A stretch of 64,000 bases of DNA. Source: Antedon mediterranea. Taxonomy: Eukaryota; Animalia; Echinodermata. Below, piece after piece: positions 39,294-51,284 of the stretch (within the stretch, counting starts at the first letter, position 1; each line of letters starts with the position of its first letter). The stretch is from assembly GCF_964355755.1 (NCBI RefSeq), contig NC_092676.1, positions 10,827,888 through 10,891,887 of the forward strand. The letters run 5' to 3'. A model generated the notes under the pieces. The model was given only the letters and a program-made list of their open reading frames with translations, made no database searches and had not been told where the DNA came from. The translations under genes and the position numbers were made by a program.

Positions 39294-41087
39294 TGTATGA
39301 TAATGAAAAATTAGTGGCTTAATTAAAAAAAATTACGCATAGGCCTATAACAGATTCTTACTATTGATATCATTATGGACATAATCCTGAGTTGTGGAAA
39401 TTAGGATATTTTATACGAATATATATTAGGCCTACTGATATACTGTAAATAAGACCTCTTTAGTCCTACTTCACACGTTTACGTAGATCTATCTGATAAG
39501 AATTTGTTAATTATTTTATTTTTATCGGCACTGTTGATTTCTACCTACCATGCAAACGCATGCAGCAAGTCAGATTTTCCTCCACAATGAATCTTCCGAG
39601 AAAGATCTTTTATTGATTTTCGATGCGCTTCCATTCAATTTTAAAATCGCTTTGAGGCCTGCCGCCTCAATCCATCAAGAGGAATGGCTGGGGATATTTG
39701 AACTCCATGGTATATCTGGCTTAGGCCTAACCCTTTTGCGATTAATTCTTTCTAATAGTTCTGTTGTACATTTTCTTCCAGGTCTTTTAATTTCAACCAC
39801 GGGCTCGTCGTTTATAATTATTATCAAGTAGACGGTCATTGATGACCGAGTCTACGCATTTATCTCGTATAAAATTGCGTAGAGTTATCAAATTTAAATT
39901 GTGTTCATTTGTATCAATTATGCATGTTTGTTGCTGCTGTACATATTGTCTACAAGATGTCCACCACCCAACAACAGGTGAATAAAACATGAAGCACTAA
40001 TATGCTTTCGTGATACATTTATAGCACTGTTCGGAAGTACTCATGATTGACTATCAATCCATTTTGTTCCCAAAATCAATCAAAGGGCTTCCAGCCTTTA
40101 AAACGCTGCCTGATGACATACGAAGATATTTTAAGTCATTTTGTGAAAGATGTATACTTTCCCATTAAATTTAATAAATTGAATATCACACGGCCATCCC
40201 AATTCCCTAGCAAAACTATTGTTCATGTTTAAAAGTATTTATTTAAATTAATGTGTCTGTAGTTCTAGTTAAATTACTTTGCTTTGCATAAAGCAGCATT
40301 GAGAAATATTTAGATTATATGTAAAGTATTTATTCGTGTATAAGGTCAGAAATCAAATTTCCCGCAAACTATTGTATAAAATCAGTGACCTATCTAATAG
40401 TAAATTGATTGGTTAATACCCAGTCAGTGAGGACCTGATTGACAAGCAGTGCCTGTTGTCATTGGTAAGAGGAAGTTGAAAATGGACAGCAAGTTATTCT
40501 TAACACTTGCAGTCTTAAATAAACACGCTGGCATTTTTATTACACCACAGAGTATTATTCCTGTCAACTTATACCACAATTGACATGTTGAGGGGATAGG
40601 TCATCCACTGACTCAGTGGATGCCAAACGTAACGCTAAAGTAGCCTGGTCCGCGTAATTGTTAGCCTGGACTGGCAGGGATGTAACGGTGTACTTGTAAC
40701 GCAGGAGTCTCTCAGTATAATTCTCCCCCACAATAATAATAATTATCGGTCCACATCGTTGTTTTGCTGATAGTCGTCGATCGCGCAAATAAACAGCATG
40801 CTTTGTGAGTGAGGGTTGCCATACTCTAGAGGTCAAAGTGTGGTCAATAATCACTATTTGTGTTGCAGCTCAAAACTGCTCCGCAATAATCGGTTAAAAC
40901 AAGAAATAATCGGTTAAAACACGCAATGGATTGAGTTTTTTTAATCGGTTATTTTTTAATCGGTTATTTCATTTTGCGATTTTCTGCTGCTTAAAAATAA
41001 TCGATCAAAAAAATAATCGGTTAATAATCGATTATTTCTGCTCAGCAGAAACAGGTCTTTGGAGTGCCCTTTAGTTTATTTATCTAT

Positions 41088-41836
41088 GGCCCCCGCTTCT
41101 GCTGCTAATCCCAAATATAGGCCTACCATACAAATATACCGTATAAATATTCCGTATAAATATACCGTATACCGTATATGAAATTCGTGCACCGTTTCCG
41201 CTGCACATACTTGTGGGTGGGCTGTAAAAAAGTTGGCTTTCGTTACCCAAAATGCATTTCGTGAGACGGAAGTATGGATTGACCTTGTTGTCTTTTGCCA
41301 AGTTTTCTGTTAATAACTTGCTTTGGCGTTAAGTCTACCACAAATTCTGCTTTTAATTTTTTTTGTATCTCTTCTGTTGCCATGCACTCCCCCCAACCTT
41401 CGCTTCTCCCCACAATTGAATTGCAAAAATAGTTATTTCTTCAGTCTACAGTGACATTTTGATCTGTTGCTTGCTTATACACACGTGTGTGTCAATGCAG
41501 CAGAAAAACCAAACAAACGCGTCACGCTCTGTTAGTTTTTGACCTCGTGTCATGGGCCGGGTCACATATACGGTATATTTTGAGTGCAGCAGAAGCCCCG
41601 TTTCTGCTGCCAAAAATATACCGTATATATACGGTATATTCCAAAATATACCGTATATTTCGTACCCCGTTTCTGCTGCACTCAAAATATACCATATATG
41701 GGACAAACGATGGGGATAATGCGGTATATATACCGCATATATATACAATATATTTTTTATGAGACCGTTTATGCTGCCAAAAAATATATATACAATATAC
41801 CGTATACGGTATATTTTGGGCAGCAGAAACGGGGCC
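41088..41836. mobile_element. Harbinger-like MITE with ATATACCGTA subterminal palindromes
   Basis: TIR GGCCCC(C)GYTTCTGCTGC; TAT flanks on both sides; internal inverted repeats at 41565-41700. Confidence 0.75.
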
Positions 41837-42065
41837 TATTATAATATACCTTGTTTATCTGATGCAGACATGTATAAACAAAGATTCTCTCTTATCTGAG
41901 ACGACCTAGATTTTTCTTATCAGAGCTGAGCCTCTTATTTATTATTATCCATTTGACAAACATACATACATACAATGGACATTTGACCTTTAATTTAAGC
42001 AGATAAAGTTGGTTCATGTCACACAAGCAATACAATAAAATAAATAATAGATGATGTATTTATAC

Positions 42066-42206
42066 CTTTTGAACCCAAACCAACTTGGCATCTTCTATGA
42101 TTTTATAATTCTTGATACCAAATTGTCTTGCAACTCGAAGTATTCGGTCTTGTGTAGGCCCTACATACGATCCACCAAGGTCAACATAGTCACCACAGTT
42201 ACTATC
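42066..42206 (-). CDS. MAO: MAO exon 3 equivalent (141 nt)
   Basis: [47 protein letters not shown]; [13 protein letters not shown] is the MAO signature; phase 0/0, AG/GT. Confidence 0.95.
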
Positions 42207-42309
42207 CTATCAAATTAATAATAAATTGAAAATTTAAATTAATGAAATGGCTATGAATTAAGTAGCAAAGATCACTTAAAACACAATATTCCCAAATTTG
42301 GATTTGGAT

Positions 42310-45300
42310 CAAGGGGGATATCACCACCCGAAAGGGGACAAATTGCCATCCAACTTTTCTAGACCAGAATTTTCCGTAGATTACGAATATGGAAGATAAA
42401 CAATCAGGATAGGAAACGTTTTCGAGATATAAGGGTCAAAGTTCAAAATTGACCAATTACAACAATGTATTATGTATATGTATTATAACAAATTTATTGA
42501 AGCACAATTTGGTCTTTTATTACATTTTTATGATTATAGGTATCTATTCAATCACCTTATGAAAAAAAATCCCTTTGTGATTAAGGGTCAAATGTCAATA
42601 TTGACCAATCATAGAACGTACCTATAGTCCGGTAGCAATGGGTTTAACCTTGCAATGTTTTCTATAGGTATATGTTTTTTGAAGGATTTTGATTCTCGAT
42701 ACCATAAGAATGAAGATTTTTTTTTACAGGACGGCTGTCATTTGCATAATTAACAAACAAAATGACCGCTATTTTTTTTATAAAACATGGTATATCTCTG
42801 GAAATACTGGATGTAGTGAGATAATTTTGGTGTCAAATTGTTCACAATGTATATATTTATATTAGCTCTAACAGAACTTTCTTTGTAAAATTGACCAGAA
42901 ACCCCATTTTTAGCAATTTTGACTTTGACCTCTTTTCGCTATATCTACAGTAAGTAATGGCAGGTCGGAGAGAATTAAAAATATGAGCAAATTGTTTCCA
43001 AGATATACATTTATATTCAGTGTAACAGATGATATTGCTGGAAAAGGACCGGAAGTGTGGTTATTAACCTTTGACATAATTGAATAAGGTTATAAAAACA
43101 TAAATTAATAAATAGTTGTCGTAAGGAGCCAATTTTGGTGTCAAATTGTTCACAATATATATGTTTATACTTGCCATAATGCAACGTTCTTTTCAAAAAG
43201 TGACTTAGACACCTATTTTTCTGTAATTTTAAACTTTGACCTGTTTTTCTCATCTAAATAACTACATGGCATAGAGATTTCTGACGGCAAATTGTTTATA
43301 ATAGATATTTTGATTCAATCTAATTTGCTTTACATACGAGCCTATCGGGGCGAATTTAATTCAAAGAGGAGGAATACTTGCTACTACTATATACCCGATA
43401 TATTTCTAACACAGTAACTTATGTAGCGAAATGCATTGATTCGATACAGGGGTCAAATGTAGAACTGAACATACAGTAGAGAACCACAGAAGGATCTAAA
43501 TAGATGACCTGCCGTTGTTTCATTTAGGAAAAACCCATATAAGTTTCTTAAGGATCGAAAGTGCACAGGCAGCTTTATTCCATGTGCCTGTCTATAAAAA
43601 CCAACATTGTCACCCCTTATATTTCCGTTATGGGGTTTAATGTCCATGGAGGACCGGCCCTTGGGTTAATTTGGGCAAATCCATAAGTGTTCCTTAAGGA
43701 TCGAGAGTGCACAGGCAGCATTATTCCATGGGCCCTGCCTGTCTATATGAACTCACAGTGTCACCCCTTATATTTCCATTTGGGGCTTAATGTCCATCCA
43801 TGGAGGACGACGGGCCCTGGGGTTAATTTGGGCAAATCCATAAATGTTCCTTATGGATGATCGATGGTGCACAGGGATATTTATCGCTATTAACCCACAT
43901 TTTCACCCCACATAAAGAACCCCAAAGGTCCATGAAGGATCGGCCCTTGGTTCATTTAGGCAAATCCATAAATGTTATTTAAAGATTGAGGGTGCACATT
44001 TAGTTTTATTCCATATTTCATCTATGAAGTATTTGCCCCATATTAATTTCTAATACAGGGCCTTATGTAGCACACCACATAGAGATCCCAAAAGGGTTTT
44101 AGAAGATTCATTCGGGCAAATCCATATGGGTTTAGAATCCTTTGTGTACAGCCAATTCTTTCCTGTATGGGCCAAACTATCTGTGGCTATATAAAAATTG
44201 TGGTCTGTCTCTGTAGTGAGCTGTGGATTGAGTTTGGCCACCTGTAACTGCCTATGCCCTCCTGTGGACGAATTGGTATTCTCTGGTTCTGATGAATAGT
44301 AGTTTATTTTCCAAAAACGAATATTGTAGCCCTAGGTCAGAGTAACATTTTAATCGTCATAATAATTTTATTATTTATTTTACAGTATTACATTTAAAAT
44401 AATGCGCACTAGATACCATAATACCATAATTTCACTGATCAAATAATGTGATTACATTTATGAACATCGATCTCATAGTTTAAATAACTTTGCATTATTT
44501 AGTATATCACTTGTTCAAATGTTGACCTTTGACCTATGTCAACTGGTGTAATGATGAATGTGCTCTTTTGATTGTGTACGAGTGATAGATGTCTTAACAG
44601 AATGATAAAACATAACATTTTGTTGTAAATGTTATTTTTTATTTGGTTTTATATGCAAATTTTGTGATTGGTCAATATTGAAATTTGACCTTTAATTGAA
44701 AAGTATTTGTTTCATAAGGCGACTGAATAGATACCTTAACCATACAAATGTATCAAAAGACCAAATTGAATTTCAATAAATTGGTTATAATACATATGTA
44801 TACGTTGTTATAATTGGTCAATTTTGAACTTTGACCCCTTATCTCTTCCTTTTCGCTTCCTATCCTGATCAAGGTCTAATTTGATTAAATACAGTATTAT
44901 AATTATATTAATCAAAATTGTAATAAAATAACATAACTTTACTGATCAAATAATTTGATTACTTGTAAAACCATCAATATCATAGTTTGGACAACTTTGC
45001 ATTTATTTAATACGCGTATTAAAATGTTGACCTTTGACCTTATGTCAACTGATGAAATTGACCGTATGTCAACTGATGAAATGATGTATTCGCTATTTTA
45101 CATTGCGTATGATTGATTAACAGGATGAGAAAACATCCAATTTTTTTAAATATTAGTGTTTATTTGGTTTTATAGGTACGTTCTATGATTGGTCAATATT
45201 GAAATTTGACCCTTAATCACAAAGGATTTTTTTTCATAAGGTGATTGAATAGACACCTATAATCATAAAAATGTAATAAAAGACCAAATTGTGCTTCAAT

Positions 45301-45500
45301 AAATTTGTTATTATACACATACAGTACATAATACATTGTTGTAATTGGTCAATTTTGAACTTTGACCCCTTATATCTCGAAAACGCTTCGTATCCTGATC
45401 GATTACCTTCCATATTCGTAATCTACAGAAAATTCTGGTTTAGAAAAGTTGGATGGCAATTTGTCCCCTTTCGGGTGGTGATTCCCCCCTCCTGCCACTG
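42310..45500. mobile_element. Long-TIR (~310 bp) non-autonomous element with a hAT-like right terminus
   Basis: 42315-42625 is the reverse complement of 45173-45490; ends ...GCCACTG; internal ~130-156-bp tandem units (43500-44130) and duplicated subterminal blocks. Confidence 0.75.
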
Positions 45501-46546
45501 GAATATTAGTCCGGGAGCCCATGAAGATTTGTTTAGCATTGCGAGTACAAAAGGTCTGAGGCATAGAATATGTCAAGTAGGGTCCAGGGACCATCAAACG
45601 GCCGTTCTTAAGTTCCCGCACCTGTACCAACTCGGGAGGGGCGCTCAAAATACCCCAAAATTTGATTTAATTAGCATAATCGAGTACATAAATGAAACCA
45701 ATGTTAAAATGTTTATTTTTAGTGTCTCATTGAAGATCCGTAATTCGTAAGTGTCAACTCTTTTACCTAGTCCACTTAAGAAAGCCGCTAATTAGCATTT
45801 TAATTAGCATGACTATATGCTATAAACTTATATATACCGGTACTTACAGACTTATTTAGCATTAACGCCCCATAAAGATAAAGATTCTAAGTTATGCTTT
45901 TAAAAGACGTAGATAGAGACCTTTGCATTTTGAAAACGTTTATTAAAAATTAGTAGTAGTATTTTGTTAAGATTTAAGTAAACATAAAATAAAAAAAAAT
46001 ATTAAATTCCAGTACGTACGGTATCAATTCTGGCAAAAGAAATGACAATATGATAATTATGTCCAAATAGTTTCAAATTATGAATTGTAGTAAAATTTTA
46101 ATACTACAAATCACATGCAAACTAATCAGAAGAGACTGCATTGTCAACGTCGTTATCATTCATCACATTTTCTCCTGGTCTGGCATCTGGGTTCCTTCAT
46201 GTCATATCCACTTTCCAGATCCCAGCCGTTTGATATGGGTGTTCACAAACATCAGCATTTCCACAGATTTGTGTAACAAAAACAGCTCGATTCTGCCTCA
46301 CACAGTGGAATGGAACTGCTATTTATTGTTTTCAGCTTTTCCAATGGATTGTTTGATGATGATTTTGGTCTGTAAGATTTTTTAAAGATCTTCTATCTAT
46401 GTTTGTTTAGTGTCAACTTGGTGTTTTACTTCTTGGATCTTTTATTTATAGTGATAGCGATATTTTATGAATCTTCTGATTATTTTGACTTTGTACACAT
46501 TTTTAGTTAGTTCTTCAAAAACTTGTTGGGTCTGGCCTTTCCTTTA

Positions 46547-46720
46547 AGCTTGGTTCCCACTAGGACGTAACGCAAAGACGTAAACGCAAGCGTTTAAACC
46601 AATGACAAGCGAAGTTATAGACAGTTAGCAATCACAAGCGAATAAGCCATCGCTTGTGATTGGTCAATTCACTTGCGTTGCGTTATGTCCTTGTGTTGCG
46701 TCGCTAGTAGTAAACCACGC
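46547..46720. mobile_element. Small Harbinger-like MITE
   Basis: TIR AGCTTGGTTCCCACTAG / CTAGTAGTAAACCACGCT, TTA TSD; splits the RKGK codons of the host. Confidence 0.75.
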
Positions 46721-46789
46721 TTTACGAAGTAATGAACTGGGATAGTCACACCCGTAAAATCATGGTAGCGCGACACACACACACATCTG

Positions 46790-48147
46790 GGGCGGATTGC
46801 TATAAGCGGTCTATAACCGGTCTTAGCGCTTGCCGGCTATAATTCGTGACGTAGCAAGTAGTCTTATATTATAGACTATTGCTATACCGCGGTCTAACCT
46901 GTAAACGGTCTTTAAAATTAAAGCCTACTCGAAGGAGTCTTAAAACAGTCTTAAACTTCTCTTTTTGTTGCTTTTCGTATTATTTATCGTCAAAGATAAC
47001 CAATAGAGAGAAATGGCGAACCGCGATGACGTCACTCAAATTTCACCGAGTGGGTATAGATTGTAAACAAACCATTTCGCCACATGTTTTTGTATGGGAA
47101 ATTCCGATGGGTTGAGTTAAAAAGGAAGGTAGAAAAGAACGTTTAAAACAAACATAATAGCAGTATCTTTTTTTTTTGCAACACCCTTAACAATTTTGAT
47201 GTTATATGGGCAAATCTTAACATATTTTATTTTAATTTGGATTGAATTAAGATGCGTTTTTGTTATATACTGTACCCAGCTCTAGGCCCTAGATAGTTGG
47301 CCTGTATGCTGTAGTACCTCGAGTCTAGCACGGATTATCGGTTATTATAATAATAATAATATTGGAAATTCGTTATTGCATACTGTACTACTACTACTAC
47401 TTTAGCTAAGGTGCTGCTGGCCTCTCCTAGCTAGGTTGTAAAACTAAATAGAGCATCTCTAGTAGATGTAGGCCTAGCATTAGTTTCAGCTTGACAACTG
47501 CCATTTTGTTATGTGGCTAGTGATGCTTCCTGCAGGGGGGGGGGGGGGTACCGCCAGTAGATAACACCATTCTACTATAATACTATATAGGCATAGTCTA
47601 ATGTAGACCTACAGATATGAGATATTTTTAGGAATATGATTGTAAATGATGGATGACTTTTATACATATTTCATTGTTTTATTGTGTAAATACACAAATA
47701 CAACAAGAATTATGAGCGTTACAGCAACAACATTGGTTAGACGACGCCATGATTCACGTGTAAACATAGGAAATGTGTCGCCCTCAACGGTTTGTTATGA
47801 TTTTATACCTACTCGGATTTTAGACGTCGGTTCGCCATTTCTCTCTATTGAACGAGTTTTAAGTGTTAAATCAAATAATAACGGTGATTTTATTCTTATA
47901 TAGGCCTAGAATAGAAATGTACGCACTGTTATGATTGTGAATTGAACAAGCGTGACGAACATTACCTTATTTGGTATTCTACGCGCAAAGTACGCCCTCA
48001 ATTTGTTGCTTTATGCGGTCTTATCTAAGACTGTTTTATAGCAATGGTCTAACAGGGGTGGCTTTAGTAAGACCGTCTATCTGATAAAGCCGGCTTTAAT
48101 CGGGGAGTTAAGACCATCAGTTAAGATTGTTTTATAGCAATCCACCC
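46790..48147. mobile_element. Harbinger-like MITE with CTG TSD
   Basis: CTG|GGGCGGATTGCTATAA ... TTATAGCAATCCACCC|CTG. Confidence 0.75.
47005..47846. mobile_element. Nested TIR element (ISL2EU-like, AT flanks)
   Basis: AT|AGAGAGAAATGGCGAACC ... GGTTCGCCATTTCTCTCT|AT, with further imperfect pairing inward. Confidence 0.65.
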
Positions 48148-48369
48148 CTGATGTCAAAGTAACTCGTATATTGGTGTTGCTGATGTATCTACGGTTTTTC
48201 TTCCAACATCTAACCACGCTGATACATCAGGATGACTGCAATATCAGTACCTGATGCCTCGTTTCACATCGCTGAGATGTTCAACGCGCTTGATCCTCAA
48301 AATTAATTTTTCGTTACGCGGATGCATACCACTGTATGAAAACATTCAAACTCTTTTTACACCTTTAAT

Positions 48370-48960
48370 ACTAATTATACTTTAATAATGTTATCTCCTT
48401 GTCCCACTACTTTTCTCCTAACAAATTCTCCCTCAACCGAATCATAACATCTTATTTGGAGTTATAATAATGATGTGTCCATACTTAAACCTTTATTGAA
48501 AACCATGAAATCCCATCAGTTAAATCTATTAAATTTCATTGGGTTATCATTAATCAGCCTCTCATGATGGAAACTCTCTAAGAAAATAAGAAAAAAGTGT
48601 GTCTTGGAATCCTATCTAAGTTATCTTCCTTCCTCCCCTCTAGTATTCTCAAAACCTATTCTCCTTAAATCATCCTTCCTTATTCGAGCTATCGTAATAT
48701 TGTCTTGGCCAACCCAACAAACATCCGTAATTTCATATTCTGCAAAAATGCTTCGAATTATATATCTGGCGCCCATCCACTTTCGCATTACTCCCATTTA
48801 TTTTTCCTTCCTTTACTTCTTAAACTCAAATGATCACGGACATTAATTCTTTTACCAGCAAGGACAAGGTGTATCTTTTTGCTACTAATAACACCATTCA
48901 ATCCTGCCACAAGATCTTCACCTTTTTGGGATTCCGTCTTCGTCCATTAATATTTTACAC
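48370..48960 (+). mobile_element. Highly decayed L2/CR1-group LINE 3' fragment
   Basis: Frameshifted remnants ..VII..PL, GILSKL, PYSSYRNIV, ILQK..RII typical of the post-RT region. Confidence 0.5.
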
Positions 48961-49084
48961 ATTATGTTTATTATTATTATTAGTGGTTTTCTCAATAAGC
49001 GGAATGGGTAGGCATAAATGTGATGGATCGTCAGTTGTCTCTAAATATAAACATTTTAGAATTAATTTTTACATTGTGTTCTCA

Positions 49085-49926
49085 CAGTCTAGCCATTTTG
49101 CCACCCGGCACATTGCCACCCGGCCCTTTGCCGCCCAGCCTTTTACTACTTGGCCATTAGCCACCCAGTCCTTTGCTACCCGGCCGCATGTGACATATTG
49201 CCACCTTAGGCCTTTTGACACATGGGAACTGCCACCCGGCCATTTGACACCAGGCCTGTTGCCATCGCTTAGTTTCCAACTGGCCTGTTGCCACACGGCT
49301 TGCTGTATACTGGCGTGCTTGCTACAAAGGCGCGTAGCGTCTGGGCAAATATATAATAGGTCTATACTTTTCCCCACTCTCAGTACAATTATTTGTGACT
49401 GGGGGAGCCAATTCATTAAACCATCTGAGATCCATCTTTTACATGACCAATGATGGTATACAAGATCGTGGGATTTAAAAAAAAATCTAATATCACGATA
49501 TATAGAGATAATTAGGCCCTATATTCTCATGCAGTGGATATGCTACTGATCAATGTTAATTAAACAGTTGTTTTTACGAATTGTTTTGTGACAGTCAATT
49601 GAAGATTCTGTATATCATAGGCTTTTGTCTTCACAAAATCAGTAATGAAATTGTGTACATTTATTTGGATAAAATACAAATTAAGTGGTAAACAAGGTGG
49701 TCTACTTTAACAATTATCGGAAAACTTTAAACATCTGGGTCTATACCATAGAAAAGCAATTTATTAATTAAAATGATTTACACATTTTAATCTTGCGTTT
49801 ATTTTAATTTAATTGCAGGCTATGGGCAAATAACACTCTCAGATCAGGAGGCAAAAGGCCGGGTGGCAAAAGGCCGGATGGCAAAAGGCCGGCTGGCAAA
49901 AGGCCAGATGGCAACCGGCCGGAACC
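49085..49926. mobile_element. Foldback/MULE-like MITE with 15-bp inverted subterminal repeats
   Basis: Left (TTGCCACCCGGCCNT)n; right (GGCAAAAGGCCGGNT)n ending CCGGAACC. Confidence 0.7.
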
Positions 49927-51284
49927 TATGTACTACTCACTATGCTAATTAAAGTTCAGGTGGGACCTACATTGACCTATGACCCTTTTTAAAGGGGTCA
50001 TGGTACAGGATTTGGCACTACGTTTTCTCAGTTGGTTAAACTTACTTATTGTACTTTCCAAGGTTTCATCGATGTACTTGATCATGCTACTTTTAATGAC
50101 CACTAATTAATTACTTTCTTAAGCAGATTAGGTACAGGGGAGTTGATACTTGAGAATGATAGATCTTCAATTAAACTCTAAAAATAAACATTTTAGCATT
50201 GGTTTCACATGTTTTAATTAAGTCCGGGTGGGACATACATTGACCTTTGACCCTTTCTTAAGGGGTCATGGTACAGGATTTGGCACTTAAGAATTACGTT
50301 TTCTCGGTTGGCTAAACGTACTTATTGTATTGCCGAAGGTTATATTGATGTACTCGATTATGCTAATTAAAATGTTAATTAGCGCTATAATAAATGGCTT
50401 TCTTAAGTGGACAAGGTACAGGAGTTGACACTTAGGAATTACGGATCTTAAATTAGACCCTAAAAATAAACATTTTAACATTAGTTTTATTTATGTACTC
50501 GATTATGCTAATTAAATCAAATTTTGGGGTATTTTGAGCGCCCCTCCCTAGTTGGTACAGCTGGGGCGGGAAAATAAGAACGGCCGTTTGATGGTCCCAG
50601 AACCCCACTTGACATATTCTATGCCTCAGACCTTTTGTACTCGCAATGCTAAACAAATCTTCATGGGCTCCCGGATTAATAGAGTGTTATCATGAATTAA
50701 TGACATAAAGTATAAACTCTGAAAAGAGGTTAGTTGAATCAATAAATACTAATGACTACCTGCAAAACATTATAATGGAGCGAAGGAAAAATAATCTTCC
50801 TAATGTTGTAATTAGTAGGCCTATAGTACCGTATTTATTGAATAAACACCCCGCCACATTCATATACAGTACATAATATTACAACACAATTTGATTTGTA
50901 TTAGAATTCATTGATTGGCATGACATGACATTGAAATAGATAGGCTTCTGTACATAACCTACAAGAGCGAAGTAAATCCAAACCGGGTCCTCGAAATCAT
51001 CATTGTTCTCAACTAAAAACCCTGATAGACCATTTTCCAAATGTAAATATATAATATCTGCCAGTGTTGGCGCCAGCGGGAGGGGGGGGGGGGGGGGCTG
51101 TAATTTCGTTTCATTTATCAATATGGGCCTTATAAGTGCAATTTCTAGGTACCTAGCAGTTCTATTTTTCACAATTTTTTAAGCAGCTCAACCCTAATGG
51201 TAGCTGGTCCTGGAGACGTATTTTGTTTCTCTTTTTTTCGAGATACTATAATCCAATTTCCGGGGACCTAACAACTCTACTTGT

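Larger units (their letters stand above)
45507..50678 (-). mobile_element. Academ(X)-like DNA transposon derivative with XPG-nuclease remnants
   Basis: ~300-bp TIRs starting TAGTCCGGGAGCCC; flanks atat/atag. After removing nested MITEs the minus strand reads TDIAVILMY..WLDVG..NRRYI, HDFTG(C)DYPSSLLRKGKARP (H3TH-like), PLEKLK..SSIPLCEAE..LW..NGW. Confidence 0.65.
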
